Shown one piece after another: positions 24,941 through 41,015 of a stretch of DNA of 64,000 nucleotides (positions are counted from its first letter, which is position 1; the number at the start of each line of letters is the position of its first letter). This DNA is from the human T2T-CHM13v2.0 reference genome, Homo sapiens. Location of the stretch: assembly GCF_009914755.1 (NCBI RefSeq), contig NC_060926.1, one strand, 5' to 3'. Under the pieces are notes generated by a model, which had not been told where the DNA came from, did no database searches, and saw nothing but the letters and a program-made list of their open reading frames with translations. Position numbers and translations under genes: made by a program.

Positions 24941-25035
24941 TCCCTGTTAAATTTTGTACTTGCCTATAAAAATTATAACTTCTGCTTTTACTTAAGTTAT
25001 TTTAAAAACAATCCCTTTATTTTGTTTATGGATAG

Positions 25036-25602
25036 TGTATTAATAATCTATTGCTGCATAACAAATTAACCCAAAATTTAGCAGCTTAAGAAATACAAAT
25101 ATATTACCTCACAATTTCTGTGGCTTGGGAATCTGGGCATGGCTTAACTGAGTCTTCTCCTTCATAGCCTTTGGTGAGGCTGCAAGGTACTGTCCAAGGC
25201 TAGAGTATCATCTGAAGGCTTGTTAGGGAAAGGATGCATTTCCAAGCTCATTTATTTAGTTTTGGTAGGATTTAGTTCTCTGAGCGTTGTTGAACTGAGA
25301 CCCTCAGTGCTTTACTGGATGTTGGCTGAGGGCTACTCTCAGTTCCTTGCTATATCATCTCCTCCAACATGTCAATTTCCTTCAATCACAGCCATCAAAA
25401 GAGATTTTGCTAGGAAGATATAATCTATTCTCTTATGCATCCCAATCATGGAAGTGTCTTGTCATCCTATCACCTTTGACATTTTCTATCAATTAGAAGC
25501 AAATCACAGATTATGCTGATACTAATGGCAAGGGAATTACATAAGAGTATAAATAGCATGAGGAAGGGATAATTGAGAACATCTTAGAAGTCTCCTGGCA
25601 CA
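25036..25602 (-). mobile_element. MLT1 (F/G-like) MaLR LTR inserted into ERVL pol
   Basis: tgtattaataatctattgctgcataacaaatt..tttctgtggcttgggaatctgggcatggctta..ca. TSD gatag/gacag. Confidence 0.8.
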
Positions 25603-26520
25603 GACAGATTGGATTCGTAAATGCATGCAAGCAGCAAATGGATAACATCCTTATTACAGCCCCAGTGAGAGGTGGTCTTGATAGAAAATGAATAGGGAAA
25701 ATCCTTTCAATGGCCAGAAGTTCACATGATACACCTGGTTATCTACTTTTTGTGGAAGGAGAAATGGCCTGAGATTAGGTTTGTATAGACTTATGAACAG
25801 TGGCAAATGACTTAGCCAACTGTTCAGGAACCTGGAAGGAGACTATTTGGATGACTGAGGACAGAAATCTGGACAGAAATGGGACAAAGGCATTTGGTTG
25901 TATATGTGGGAGTACGTTTTAGAATCTTTAATTAAATATTAATGCCAAAATCTTTAATTAAATATTAATGCCAATAAGAAAGCACCTACAAGATAAGAAG
26001 CCCTAAGCAACAAAGTAGACAAAAAGACTTGGACATCAACAAAATTTGCCACCAGCCATCCTGGTAATAGCATGATAGGCACCCTAGTGCTAGCATATGT
26101 GTGAAGAGGTGCAGTGGTTGGGATAGAAGCTATGCATGAATCCAACAGTATGGACTCTAACATGCTAAGACTGGTCTACCTCCTATTGTCACAAAATAAC
26201 CACCCTGTCAGTAACAGAGGCCGAGACTAAGTCCCTGATTATGGCATCAACCTCTGAACAGACTAACTGCCTACTTTGTGTCAAGTAGAAAACGTTGAAC
26301 CCTTGCATTCATAGAAAGGCCAGTGATGACTGATAATAGCAGAAATGTATTTTGGGGATGGGTTTGCATTTCCAACCTGTAGGGCCTCAGATCACACTAA
26401 TATCTAAGTTAGGTTTACACAGTGTTTGATGCACCAGCATGAACTCCTAACAACACCATGTCCATCCAGACGACCCATTTTTTGTCAAAGGAGGTGTGAG
26501 AATGGGCCCATTACTGCTGT
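25603..26520 (+). mobile_element. ERVL internal pol relic (RNase H to integrase; ERV3-16A3-like)
   Basis: gggaaaatcctttcaatggccagaa..tgtggaaggagaaatggcctgag..gtggcaaatgacttagcc..ggaacctggaag is a decayed GKSSQWAEL..WKEKWPEV..VANGLA..GTWK. Confidence 0.75.
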
Positions 26521-26544
26521 GGTCCACATCTAATGACAAATGGA

Positions 26545-26805
26545 TGCATGAATATAAAGTTTTTCTTTCCTGGCCCAACACAAGGCCATTCTGAAGTCTC
26601 TTTATAGTTCCAGAGCTCCATATGGGTCAGCTGAAGCTGTCTTTGGGACTTCATTGCAGCTCAACTTCTTCCTCTTCCCTGTCCTGCTATGGCTCTTCCC
26701 ATTTCCACACAAGTTTTTGTTTCCAAAACTCTTCTTAATACACATTCTGCATGTTAATGTTTATCTCTGTCAGTGTCTGCTTCCTGCGATATACAATCTG
26801 GCCCA
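26545..26805 (+). mobile_element. LTR16A-like 3' part (3' LTR of the ERVL relic)
   Basis: ttccagagctcc..gggtcagctgaagc..cattgcagctcaacttct..cattctgcatgttaat..agtgtctgcttcctg. Confidence 0.7.
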
Positions 26806-27629
26806 TCAACATGCTAGCAAAGATTTCATATTAAGGAAAAATAGTAGGAAACATAGTCGCATTCCACAGTATTATGATTTTAAGGAGTTCAAAAATATTT
26901 TTATCATAAAACGTCTTATGAAGATATAAAATAAATGGATTCATGAAATTATAGTGTCAGCCTATAATTATAGTTCTAAAATAGGTTGAATAGTTGAAGT
27001 GAGATTTTATGGAATAAATAGGCAAAGTATTTCACTAACTTTGAGATGTTTTGCAGTAAAAAATGTTAACAATAGAGATTTTTAAAATTCTAGAATTGAC
27101 AATTAGTTGTGGCTACATTTATATTTGAGGAGAAGTAAAAAACTGACAAAATTTACAATGTTGTAAACATATAGGCAGTCATTCTGATTTTTTAAAAAAA
27201 TAATTAGTTGTGGGGTTTTTAGTTGATAAAATGTAGATCTCATTTTAAATAATATGAAATAGTTTTAAAATTCTATTTACAGTCCTTTTGCTATGTGATC
27301 TATCATTTTATATTTTGAATACTTTTCTGTTATATTTGTCACAAATCTCTATTTCTCTGATGCTAAGATAATGAATTGATTGACAGTTTTTATTGTATTG
27401 TGTTTTCTCAGCTGAAAGAAAAGAGTTTATCTCTCTTATCCCACAATACACTGTCTGTGTATAATATTGTAAGTAAAAAGACCTAAACTCCCAAACAAAG
27501 GCTCTTTTAAAATTATTTTAATTATTTGTGAAGAGAGTGGCTAGTTGTTTGGAGCTTAAATGTGATAGAAAGTGAGACAAAAACTTGTAAGATGTTGTCT
27601 GGTATTGTATATGCGACTACACTCAGCAA

Positions 27630-28028
27630 GGAAGCTCTGATGTGGCTAGAATGATGTCCAAGATGACGATTTCATACATATGTCTGAGGGCTTAGCCCTG
27701 AATGATGGATAGAATACCTCAGTTCTCCTCCATGTGGCTTCTCTTTTCATGTTGTCTTTCATCATTTATTATTCTGGCCTGAGCTTCTTTATATGGCAAC
27801 TGGCTTCCCAGAGAGCTAAAATAAAAACTTGTAATATCCAGGCCTTGAAGTCACATAGCATAACTTCCATCATACTATTGGTCAAAGGGTATCATAAGGT
27901 CAGCCCAGATTTAAAGGGAAGGAACATATCTTTTACCTCTTAATGGGAAGAGTGGCAAAATTATGTCAATAAGGGGCATATTCCACAGGAGGAATTATTG
28001 CATCTATCTTTGGAAACCATTTGCCGCA
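27630..28028 (-). mobile_element. MLT1H-like LTR fragment
   Basis: ctcagttctcctccatgtggc..gaagtcacatagcataacttcc..tactattggtcaa..ttacctcttaatgggaagagtggcaaa. Confidence 0.65.
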
Positions 28029-28029
28029 T

Positions 28030-30120
<2,091 letters not shown>

Positions 30121-31719
30121 ATATATAACTAACTTCCTTTCAGATCCCTGAAGATGTGGCACCCCTTGGAGGGGAATTAGGATGAAGAATGACTACGGTA
30201 GCAGAGACCAAAGGTAGCACAAGTCTTGGGAATGGATGAGAGCATCATTGACCGGGATTACATATCCTGGCAACCTAGGGAATTGAGGGTAGTATTTAAC
30301 TTACTTTTAAGCAAGAAACCAATGGAGAATTTCTTATACATCTTAATATTTATGTTTGTATGTGCATTTGTTTGCATTTTTGAGGATAGTGGAGTTTTGA
30401 AAGGGTTAAAGGAATTTTCCACTTTTATAAATTATAACATGCTCAAATGTTTTTAAAATGTTAAACGTCACTTCAATTTGAAAATCAGAAAAGAAACAAG
30501 GCTTTACTGGCTATATAACTTGAGTGCAATATGATATAAAGCATTAAGATATCTAAAGAAAGAATGTCTCAATTTGATGCAAGCTGGTTAGTCATGGGAG
30601 CCTTTAAAAAAGAATCATGAGGGCAAATTTGGCAGTTTTCATCCAAGCACTACCCAGGAGAGAAGGACATTTAGCCAACAGACTGTGAGTACACTGACTC
30701 CATGGGCAAGCCTATCCCTGTTTTAAGATGAATTCATCAGCTGTCTGACCCTAATGCCATTAAACATTGGCTTCATTTAACTTCTTTGTTTTGGTTCCAC
30801 ATTTATTAAACAATCTTCTGATTATTATTTGTCTTTCTGTGTGTGTGCCTACAGGGACACAATGTGTTGCTCATATGGGCTTCAATATTTTAATTCCTGT
30901 AAATTATTTCACATTTAAATGAAGTCAGATTCTGGTTTTATTTATCTACCTCAGGAGCTTGGATAATATGAGCTGGTTCTTGAGAAGTGAATTTTCTTTT
31001 GGAATGCTGACAAAAATCAGGTTATTAGGCATGTAAAACCACAAGCCAATTCATGGGCTATGGTAAACCCACCAAGGTGAAGCATACCACCCTGTGAGGC
31101 CTCTTGGGAGGCAGCCAGCCTTTCCTCTGGCAAAGTCCCCTGTAGTTACTGTGCACAGTGTCTATCTACGCTTGGAACTCTAGCTCCAATTTTGCCTCTC
31201 CTGTGGTGTCTTCTCTGGGCCTTTCCTCCACTTTTAGCTGTTTCAAGGTGCATTTTATCTATCATGCAATCTTCTGGGATCCCAGAGAGGCTTGCCTGCT
31301 CAAAAATAAAAGTGTCCCAGGAGTCACTTTAGATTTCTTCTTATGGAAAGGATATATGACTGATTGAAGTTTGTCCTTAGAATCCCCCAGACAAAAGTTC
31401 TATCTTCATGTTTTCAGCCTAGAAAAGAAGGCTTTAACCATATCCTTACTCAAATAGAGTATTTTAGGTTCTTTGAGAGGGAGGGCTAGGGCCTGTATGC
31501 AGGTTATCCTCATAATCTACTTTTGTGCAGAGGTGGAATAATGATCTTTGGTATAGACAAACACATCAGGATTTTGGATGTTAAAAAAAACAGAAAGTTT
31601 GCTCAGTGGCATGTGGTAGGAGGCTAAAATGGAAATACTTGCCATCCATTTCTCAGTGGAAATACAGCTGTGGTAATTGATATTCCAAAGGAATCATTTA
31701 TGCCAGTGTATATATAAGT

Positions 31720-31848
31720 GAGGGTAATGATATAATTTGTCACTTAAACGAAGCCACTTTGAGAATGAAAGTGTGTATTATTAATTATGCCAGATCAACA
31801 GAAATAAACTAGAATTGTCCTGCATAAACAAATGTATGGTTATCCTAC
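31720..31848. mobile_element. MER94-like hAT-Blackjack element
   Basis: agggtaatgatataatttgtc..ctttgagaatgaaag..tattaattatgcc..caacagaaataaac..tatggttatccta. Confidence 0.6.
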
Positions 31849-33049
31849 ACATAGGATGGACTGATAACGAGCAGTTGTAGGTCAGTATAACCATACTGTT
31901 TGTTAATAGCCATCATCTGCTATGATTGGTCAGTACTTTATTTTGATATGTACTGTATGTGCTGTACTGTTTGAAAAACATTTTTTAAAACTATCATCCT
32001 GGCATATAAGGATGAAGTGTTTATAACTTTAAAAAATCTGAAAATTTGCTTAAGCCTAATAAAGATCAAGGAAGATTATTCTAAGTAATGAAGTGCAAGA
32101 GAAATAGTTTGTTTATGATATAGAGCCTCACTGACTATCAATAAGGTATTTTATATTCTTTTTTGTATGAAGATATTAAGAGGGGATACATTGGAAATAT
32201 GTACTTTGGGGGAGGGGCTATTTTTTCAGTTATTATATATTTTTTTATCTCCAAGGTAAAATAATATCATAATAAAAACCTTTTAAAAACATCATATTGC
32301 AAGCATATTTTATGCAATTTGTCATCTTTCTAGTCCTATTTTTTAAGTGATTCCATTGAATATCATTGAGAAGGGCATATTAAATTATCATTCCTTTATA
32401 GCTTTACCTTGAGACTCTTCCTGATTTGTATTTTTTTGCTATCATTGATAATAAAGCAGTTATTGCTAGAATGATGTTTTTACTATATATTTATAAACAT
32501 AGAATTAATGAGAAAAATAAAACACTTCATACTCAACATACATTGTAAAATAGTTGTGAGAGATCATACTAACTTATACTGTTAGTAATTGTGAATGGAA
32601 GTGAAGGTCACTTAAAATCTGTAGATCCCATTTTTAATAACAAGTTTATCCCTTGTGATCAACTTAGATAAATTTTTATATAAGGAGATATTTGCTTTTC
32701 TGCATAATAACTTTTAGTTATAGCTAGGTACTAAATTTCTCAGAAATGAACTGCTTTTGTCTTTAAAATCTTATTCAAAATAATACACAGTATTTAAACA
32801 ATAAATTGCTCTGTTTAAATCAGTACTCTTTATAAATTATGCATTTGTAAATATTATTTACAGATGAGCTATCTATTGAAAGACATTTCCTTTCTTGTGC
32901 AACTTACTGTTTCCTCAAAAAAAAATTGTCTTCTATTTTGTTTTAATCTTTTTTGTATCTTTCATTAACTCATCCCCAAACACTACCAGAAGTGTAAATA
33001 TCCACCATTATGTTCAAATGCATTCATTAATCTATGAGACATAATCTTT

Positions 33050-33235
33050 ATTTTACTGGTCAGGAAATCTGTTCTCTGTCCTGGGGGGAGACACTATTTC
33101 TGTCTTCCAAGGCTATTTGCTATATAAACATCCTTGAAAGATAGTCTGAAACATCCTATCCTGAAAGATAGACTGAAACAGAAGCTGACATAAGACATAG
33201 AGAAATGTGAGAGACTCATGGAGAAATGTCTTTCA
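33050..33235 (-). mobile_element. ERV1 LTR 5' fragment (MER89/MER90-like)
   Basis: The reverse complement begins TGAAAGACATTTCTCCATGAGTCTCTCACATTTCT..GGATGTTTATATAGCAAATAGCCTTGGAAGA. Confidence 0.55.
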
Positions 33236-33239
33236 TTAA

Positions 33240-34401
33240 TATACTTGAGTCTATTTCTGGGCTTTCTATTCTATTACACTGGTCTATTTGTCTATTCATG
33301 TTAGTACCACATTCCTTAAATTATAGAGGCTTCATAGTATGTTTTAATAACTTGTAGGAGTAGACACCCTTATAGATTTTCCTGGTTAGTGTTTTCCTGA
33401 CTATTCTTACATTTATTATAAATCAACTTAGGGATAAGTGACATCTTTATGTTGTTGAGTCATTCCACTTAAGAACAGTGGGTGTGTATTTATGCAAGTT
33501 TACTTTTTGCTTTTCAGGAGTTGTCTAAATTTTTCTAACATAGTTTTACGCATTTCTTGTTCTGTTTATTTCTAAATATTTAATCTTCTTTTTGCCATTG
33601 CAGTTTTTCTGTTTTAGTGCAATTTAAATGATTGTTTGCATATATGAATACTATTGATTTCTGTGTATTACTTTATCTTACTTATTGAATTCTTTTTTTT
33701 TGTTTGTTTGAGCTAGTTTTATCATTAGTTCTCTGGGTTTTCCAGGTATGCTATAATATCTTGTTATTTACCAATTCCTATTCCTGTCATTAATTTATCT
33801 CATTTAAATGCATTTAATACCTCTTGTCCAGTGTTATAGATCGTGTCTTGCCTTGTTCCTTACCTTAGAAGAATTCAGTATTTCATCATTAAGATGCTAA
33901 CGGAATAAGTTATATATCTATATTTTGTCATGTTAAGAAAACATCAATCAATTTCTATTTTCTTGAGTATTTTTAGAAAATAAACAAATTAGGAAATATT
34001 TCAAAGGTTTCTTTAGCATTTATGAAAATAATAATACAGTTATTTCTCCTTAGATCTACTTATATTACTGGGGATTTCCTAATATCGGACCAACCTTTCA
34101 TTCCTACAGAATATTCCACTTGGTCATGCAGTATTATTTTCTCAATGTAGTGTTGAATTCCATTTGCTAATATTTTATTTAGTACTCTTACATTGATATT
34201 CATAAGTGATATTGGTCTATACTACAGTTTTCTTTTTGTACTATGTTAGGTTTACATATCAGTGTTATATTTGCTTGGTTAAAAATAATTCGGACATTTT
34301 CTTTCATTTTCAGTGCTCTGAAACAACCTACAGAACACTTGATTCTTTTTTTGGAAATGTTGGAGGAGTTCCACAATGAAACTTTCTTTTTTGTGGGGGG
34401 C

Positions 34402-34433
<32 letters not shown>

Positions 34434-37000
34434 TGTGTGGGGAGGGGTATTCCTCTTTAATCTACATTAATTGTTGTGTTTAGGCTTCCTGTCTCTAATG
34501 TAATCTGTATTTCCCCTGAAAATTAGACATATTAAGTAGATTTTCAGATATATTTGTAGACAAGTCTGAAAATCTGTTTCATAATTTACTTTAATATTTT
34601 TATGTTGAAATGTTTTTCTGTAATTTTGTATTTTGCATATTTGTATTTTCTTTTTTTTTCTAAATCAAATAAGCTGGTGGCTGTATTTGTTAATTAAAAA
34701 AAACCCCAGGATTTTGGTGAATTAGTTAGGGTTACAATTTTCCTATTCTCTGCCTCATTAATTTCAATTTATCTTTATAATTTCCTTATGTTTTCTTTTG
34801 GTTAACTTTGTCGTTCTCTCTCTACTTTTGGCACAAAAATTAATTCATTTATTTGCATTCTATTAATTACAACATGTCTTTAATCTCATTTATTTCTGAC
34901 TCCTGCTAAAAATGTATCTTTGTGTAAGTACTGTTTTCATTATCATTATTTTTAAAATTATTTTTTAGTTTGTATTTCCCCTTTCAAAACAGTTACTTAG
35001 TATAATTAAAAGTTCTCAAAAAGTTGAGAAATACTAATAAGCATCTTTTAGAGATTATTGGTTAGACTTGCAATATCCTTACCTACTTTTTAAATCCCTT
35101 GATCTGTCTTGTACCCAGAGTGTTAAAGTTTATGAAAATATTTCTATTCACATCTTCCTACATCTTCTGTAGCTTTTTATTCACTCCAGAGAGGTATTTT
35201 CTGTGATATTTACTATATAGTTTATTTATAACGATTGTATCTTTATTGTGAATTATGGTTTTTAGCATTAAAAAGTAACTCCATTGTCATATTTAGTCGT
35301 AAATTGTGCTTTGTCTGACACCAGGATCATTATTCCTACTGTTTTTATTCACCTAGTATAATTTTGTTAATCTTTATTTTTAATCTGTTTTGTGTCTGTC
35401 TCTCATATGCAGCTTATCGTTGAGTCTACCTTTTTGAGCCAAATTTAAATCATTTTTCTTTTAATAGGTTAACTAACTCATTCATTTTAATTATACTACT
35501 CACATGTTTGTTCCCAACTTTCATAATGTCTTATCATTATATATATTTTATATTATGCTTATTTTTTCCTACAAGATGCATACTTTTGGCTCTTTACATT
35601 TTATTTTTTAAAGTTGTTTTTATATTTAGGAAGGCTTTTGTTTTTGTTCTAGTGCTTTTATACACTAAATTTTAAAAATGCCTTTAGTTCCCTGTTTTCT
35701 TATTTAATGTTTATTAGGTGTGTCTATTTTTAAAGGTATCTCTTTACTTCCACCTATTGCCTGTATATCAATCAATGAGCTAATTCTATTTCTTGTCCTC
35801 CATTTTTAGTATATTATTTTTATTTTTCACACAACATATTTGTGCGATGCTTTCTTTATCTCTCTTTTTTGCTGAAATTTGTTTCCATTTATCAATTTCA
35901 GAAGAAATTCATCCTCTAGGAAATTCCTTAAGAATAGCTCATAAGTATAGAATTCTAAAGCTTTCATTACATTTAATATTTGATAGTCAACTTGTATGAT
36001 ATAGCATGCTTGGTTCATACTTTCTTTCACTGAGTATTTTTTTTAATGCTGTTCCATTTCTGCCTTGCTGTGGTTGCGTTTGACAAGACTTATACTAGTC
36101 CGGCACTTTTTTCCCTCTGAAATTTGATATTTGGCTTAGAGGATCTGAGAAATTTTTGTCTTTATCATTTAAAGTCTAATAGTTTTACAACGTTTTATCT
36201 GTGATTTTTCTGGTACATTTTCTCATATACTTGATGGGGTAAATGTTGGTCTTTTTATTTCTGGACATCTTACTGAAATATAGTTTTAAATATTAGTGCA
36301 TTTATGTTGGTTTGCCATTTTTTTTTTCCTTTAAGGGATTTCAATTATACCCATGCATTCTTTCTTTTTCTTTTATCTTTTTTTTCTTCTGGTTTTCTTT
36401 TTCAATGCTTTTCTTTAAGACCTCGTATTTACAACTGACCTGTGGGTATCCTGTAACTAAGTCTGCGTTTCTAAAAATATTTTATCTTTTTCTTCCATAT
36501 TTTTTCTAAACTTAATATTCTTTTTATTTCTTCCTGTTTTATGTCCATCTTATTATTAATTATTGAAGTTTTGATTTAAATTTTTTTTCTCAAACTTCTT
36601 GTTGGAATATATTTTATTCTCAGCTTGGACAGTTGTCTTATATATTTCTTCTGCTTCAAAGTTTTTTTAGGGTTGGGTTTTCATCAGTTGAAGTGTGTTA
36701 AAACTTATTACCTGATTTATTTTTTGTAGGAACGTTGTATTGATTTATTTAGTTTTCTCCTGTTTATTTTGTGGTTTTGGGATAATTTGCAAGATTCTTA
36801 GTTCAATGGTATCTTTTCTCTCAGTAGAGTAAAATCAAGTTTCTTTAGTTGATTTTACTTTTTGGTTGTAGTGGGGCAGGAGTTGTGTGCTTCTAATTTT
36901 TTGGTCTTTTATTTTTATGTTACAGATTGCTAAATTTTTTTAGAAACCATTTTCCTCTTTACTATACAATTTCCAAAGTATACTTTTCCCTTCTTCTTTT
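33240..37000 (-). mobile_element. Old L1M, long antisense fragment (ORF2 toward ORF1)
   Basis: T-rich: tatttctgggctttctattct..ctattgattt..accaaccttcattcct..ttgctaatattttattt..tgctttgtctgaca. The right boundary is approximate. Confidence 0.75.
34403..34432. repeat. (GT)15 microsatellite
   Basis: Perfect GT run. Confidence 0.95.
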
Positions 37001-37879
37001 GCATTTTTCTTTTCCAGAAACTATACCTTGCAAAGACTGCAGGTTTAAACCATGTCCATTTAAGTATCTTCTCCGTTATCACTGCTTTCACACACCAGAA
37101 TACATTTCTAATAGTTTCACATTTAGCCTAAACTTTCTCTTTGTAGTTTTGGAGCAACCTTAGACCTCTTGCAAGTTCCATACTTCTTTCTGCTCCTGCA
37201 GTTTTTCACAAAATGCCCCTGTTCATCACAGAGGCTTGTGGTAGTGTGAGATATCATTCACTAGACTTTTGTGTTTTATTTTTTTTATTAAAAAAAGCTT
37301 GATTATTTTGAATCTTGGCTATTTTGTGTCTTCTGTTTATCTGAAGAGCACGGTTTGTGTAGTTTTATATGTTCTTTTGTTCTGTATTCTTTTAGAAGGC
37401 TATATGGAGAGGGAACAAAGACATAGGCAGCCATCATTTTTTTTGGCCATCCAAAATTTTCCCCTTTTCCTTTATAGATAGGTTTAAAAAAATCTTACAA
37501 CTTTTCCCCTCTTCCTCTTTATCCTCTACTTGGCGAGGTATCTATTGCCACAAATCCTGAACATTGAGCCTTTGCAGTGCATGTGAAGTTTGTTCTTGCC
37601 TTTCCTCACTGCCAGAGTCAGATCTGGATTTTTTTTGGCTTTGCTGTCATTTGGCTCTGCTAAGTCACACTAATCAGTGACCTGAAAACATTCACTTAGT
37701 GACCTGCTTTCCAGCTACCAAACATTATTATTAACTCTTCTCCTATTTTCCATACATTTGGGCATTTTTTTGCTTTGAACTATATGTACTTTTACATCTG
37801 TGAGTTTTAGAATATTTGATTATGGAAGGTGTGAGGGTTTATGAGTGTTCTTAATCCACAATCTTTATCCAGAGGTTTT

Positions 37880-37948
37880 CGTTTGTTTGTTTGCTTTTGT
37901 TTAGAGACAGGGTCTTGCTCTGTTGCTTAGGCTGGAGTGCAGTGGGAT
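37880..37948 (-). mobile_element. Alu 3'-terminal fragment (AluJ-like)
   Basis: gtttgtttgtttg tail plus gagacagggtcttgctctgttgcttaggctggagtgcagtgg, ending abruptly. Confidence 0.85.
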
Positions 37949-37967
37949 AATTTTAACTCATTTTAAC

Positions 37968-39069
37968 TTTTTTTTTATTATTATACTTTAAGTTCTAGGG
38001 TACATGTGCACAACGTGCAGGTTTGTTACATATGTATACATGTGCTAAGTTGGTGTGCTGCACCCATTAACTCGTCATTTACATTAGGTATATCTCCTGA
38101 TGCTTTCCCTCCCCCCTCCCCCACCCCACGACAGGCCCCAGTGTGTGATATTCCCCTTCCTGTGTCCAAGCATTCTCATTGTTCAGTTCCCACCTATGAG
38201 TGGGAACATGCAGCGTTTGCTCTTCTGTCCTTGCGATAGTTTGCTGAGAATGATGGCTTCCAGCTTCATCCATGTCCATACAAAGGACATGAACTCATCC
38301 TTTTTATGGCTGCATAGTATTCCATGGTGTATATGTGCCACATTTTCTTAATCCAGTCTGTCATCGATGGGCGTTTGGGGTGGTTCCAAGTCTTTGCTAT
38401 TGTGAATAGTGCCACAATAAACATACATGTGCATGTGTCTTTATAGCAGCATGATTTATAATCCTTTGGGTATATACCCAGTAATGGGATGGCTGGGTCA
38501 AATGGTATTTCTGGTTCTAGATTCTTGAGGAATCGCCACACTGACTTCCACAATGGTTGAATAGTTTACAGTCCCACCAACAGTGTAAAAGTGTTCCTAT
38601 TTCTCCACATCCTCTCCAGCACCTGTTGTTCCCTGACTTTTTAATGATCGCCATTCTAACTGGTATGAGATGGTATCTCATTGTGGTTTTGATTTGCATT
38701 TCTCTGATGACCAGTGATGATGAGCATTTTTTCATGTGTCTGTTGGCTGCATAAATGTCTTCTTTTGAGAAGTGTCTTTTCATATCCTTTGCCCACTTTT
38801 TGATGGGGTTGTTTGATTTTTTCTTGTAAATTTGTTTAAGTTCTTGTCAGATGGGTAGACTGCAAAAAATTTCCCCCATTCTATAGGTTGCCTGTTCACT
38901 CTGATGGTAGTTTCTTTTGCTGTGCAGAAGCTCTTTAGTTTAATTAGATCCCATTTGTCAATTTTGGCTTTTGTTGCCATTGCTTTTGGTGTTTTAGATA
39001 TGAAGTCCTTGCCCATGCCTATGTCCTGAATGGTATTGCCTAGGTTTTCTTCTAGCGTTTTTATGGTTG
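37968..39069 (-). mobile_element. L1PA (approx. L1PA5) 3' 1.1 kb
   Basis: ttattatactttaagttctagggtacatgtgcacaacgtgcagg. The ORF track gives [46 protein letters not shown] and MWKSVWRFL (L1 ORF2 C-terminus). Confidence 0.97.
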
Positions 39070-39984
39070 TAATGAGACACAGCTAAAGATTTTCAGGAAA
39101 AAGTTACCTTTGTTATGTATTCTGAGAAAATTATAATATGCAAGACATAAAGGATGTTGTCATCTAGTGTTTTAGAAAGAAAGGAGAATTTGGGCAATAA
39201 TTCTTCATTTGTATGATATATTAAAATTTTCTTGGGATCTTTTAAAAAATAATATAGAGTCTTAAGCCTTACTCCTGTAGTTTTGGATTTAGTAAGTCTT
39301 AGTTAGAACCTTAATATATATATACTTAATCATCCCAGTGAATTCTGGTACTGTTATTTTAGGGATCGCACTTTGAGATATAATAAACTATGGATAGACT
39401 TTAAAAAATAAATTACAGCCATTTCCATATTTCTGTGAATTTCCGTGGTAATTTAAAGTGTTATTGGTAGCACTTGTCTTGAGAGGCTTGGCTATGGTAG
39501 CTATTACTATTATTCATCAATATTCACTTCTCCTCTACTACTGGGACAAAAAAGTTGTGTTTATATACCCTCTTAAATGTTCCTATAACAAAATATTAGG
39601 AAAATTAAAGCAGTTAAAATAAGATAATAATGTCTATTTCATTTGTTAATTAATTTTCGTAACACACTAGCCTCTATGGAGTTGCTCAAAAGAGTAAATA
39701 AACCCTTATTAGTACTTATTCTGGAGGATTTCATGTGGGAGGCACCTCTATTGAAAAATCAATACTTTTATTTTTGGACATTTTTTCTTTTGATATTTGA
39801 TTTGCATTTTATACTTGAAACCATTCTTTCATTTTTGTTTGTGATGTTTTACTCTGCGTACAATTTCTTCTTCTAACAGCTGTCATGGAATCCCTGTCTG
39901 TACCTTACCTATGTTTTGGTTTCTCTAGATGATGAGTGACAATGTTTTTTTGGTGGTGGTGGAGTAAGAAAGGTAGGAAGATAA

Positions 39985-40351
<367 letters not shown>

Positions 40352-40769
40352 AAGTGACAGTTTTTTTAGGTGGTCCCAGGTCTCCCTCTGTTCAGTGGAA
40401 ATGGAATATGCTACATAGCCTATATTCTATGTCTGTCATTTATAAACATATCTGCTAAACTTAGTTAAGATACATTCAGACATTTTTGGATGATGAAATA
40501 AGAAAGATATATCACTAGAACATGTTTATTATGTGCTTTTTCCTAACATAGAAATATATTCTTTATTTATTTAATAAATATAAAAAGAAGTATAGGAGAA
40601 ATGAAGTATGACCTTCAAAGACGAAAGACGATTGCAGTAGTAATTGATATAGTATTTTGAGTAGAAAACTGTTTAGTCACTGTTGGCAGAAAATGACTTT
40701 AAATTTTTATTAGAACAGCTCTGGAAGCAGCTACACTCTTGTACCCAATTAAGTGTCTTTTGTTTGCTA

Positions 40770-40975
40770 ACTTTTATTGAGAACTTATTATTCACCAGAC
40801 ACTGTTCTGATTCTCTGTATGGAAAAAGTCAATTAATCCTTATTTTAATGCTGTGAAGTAGGTGCTATTATTATCTTAATTTTAAAGATAAATAGATGAG
40901 CATGATGAATATGGTTAATAATAATTTGTTGTTTGATTAAAATTTACTAAGACAGCAGATTTCAAGTGTCCTTAC

Positions 40976-41015
<40 letters not shown>

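Noticed and set aside
33128-33180. Small local duplications (27-bp offset here; also 24762-24786, ~48240-48320, ~50977-51027)
   Set aside because: Ordinary slippage duplications inside decayed TEs. They are not CRISPR-like: only two copies each and no spacers.
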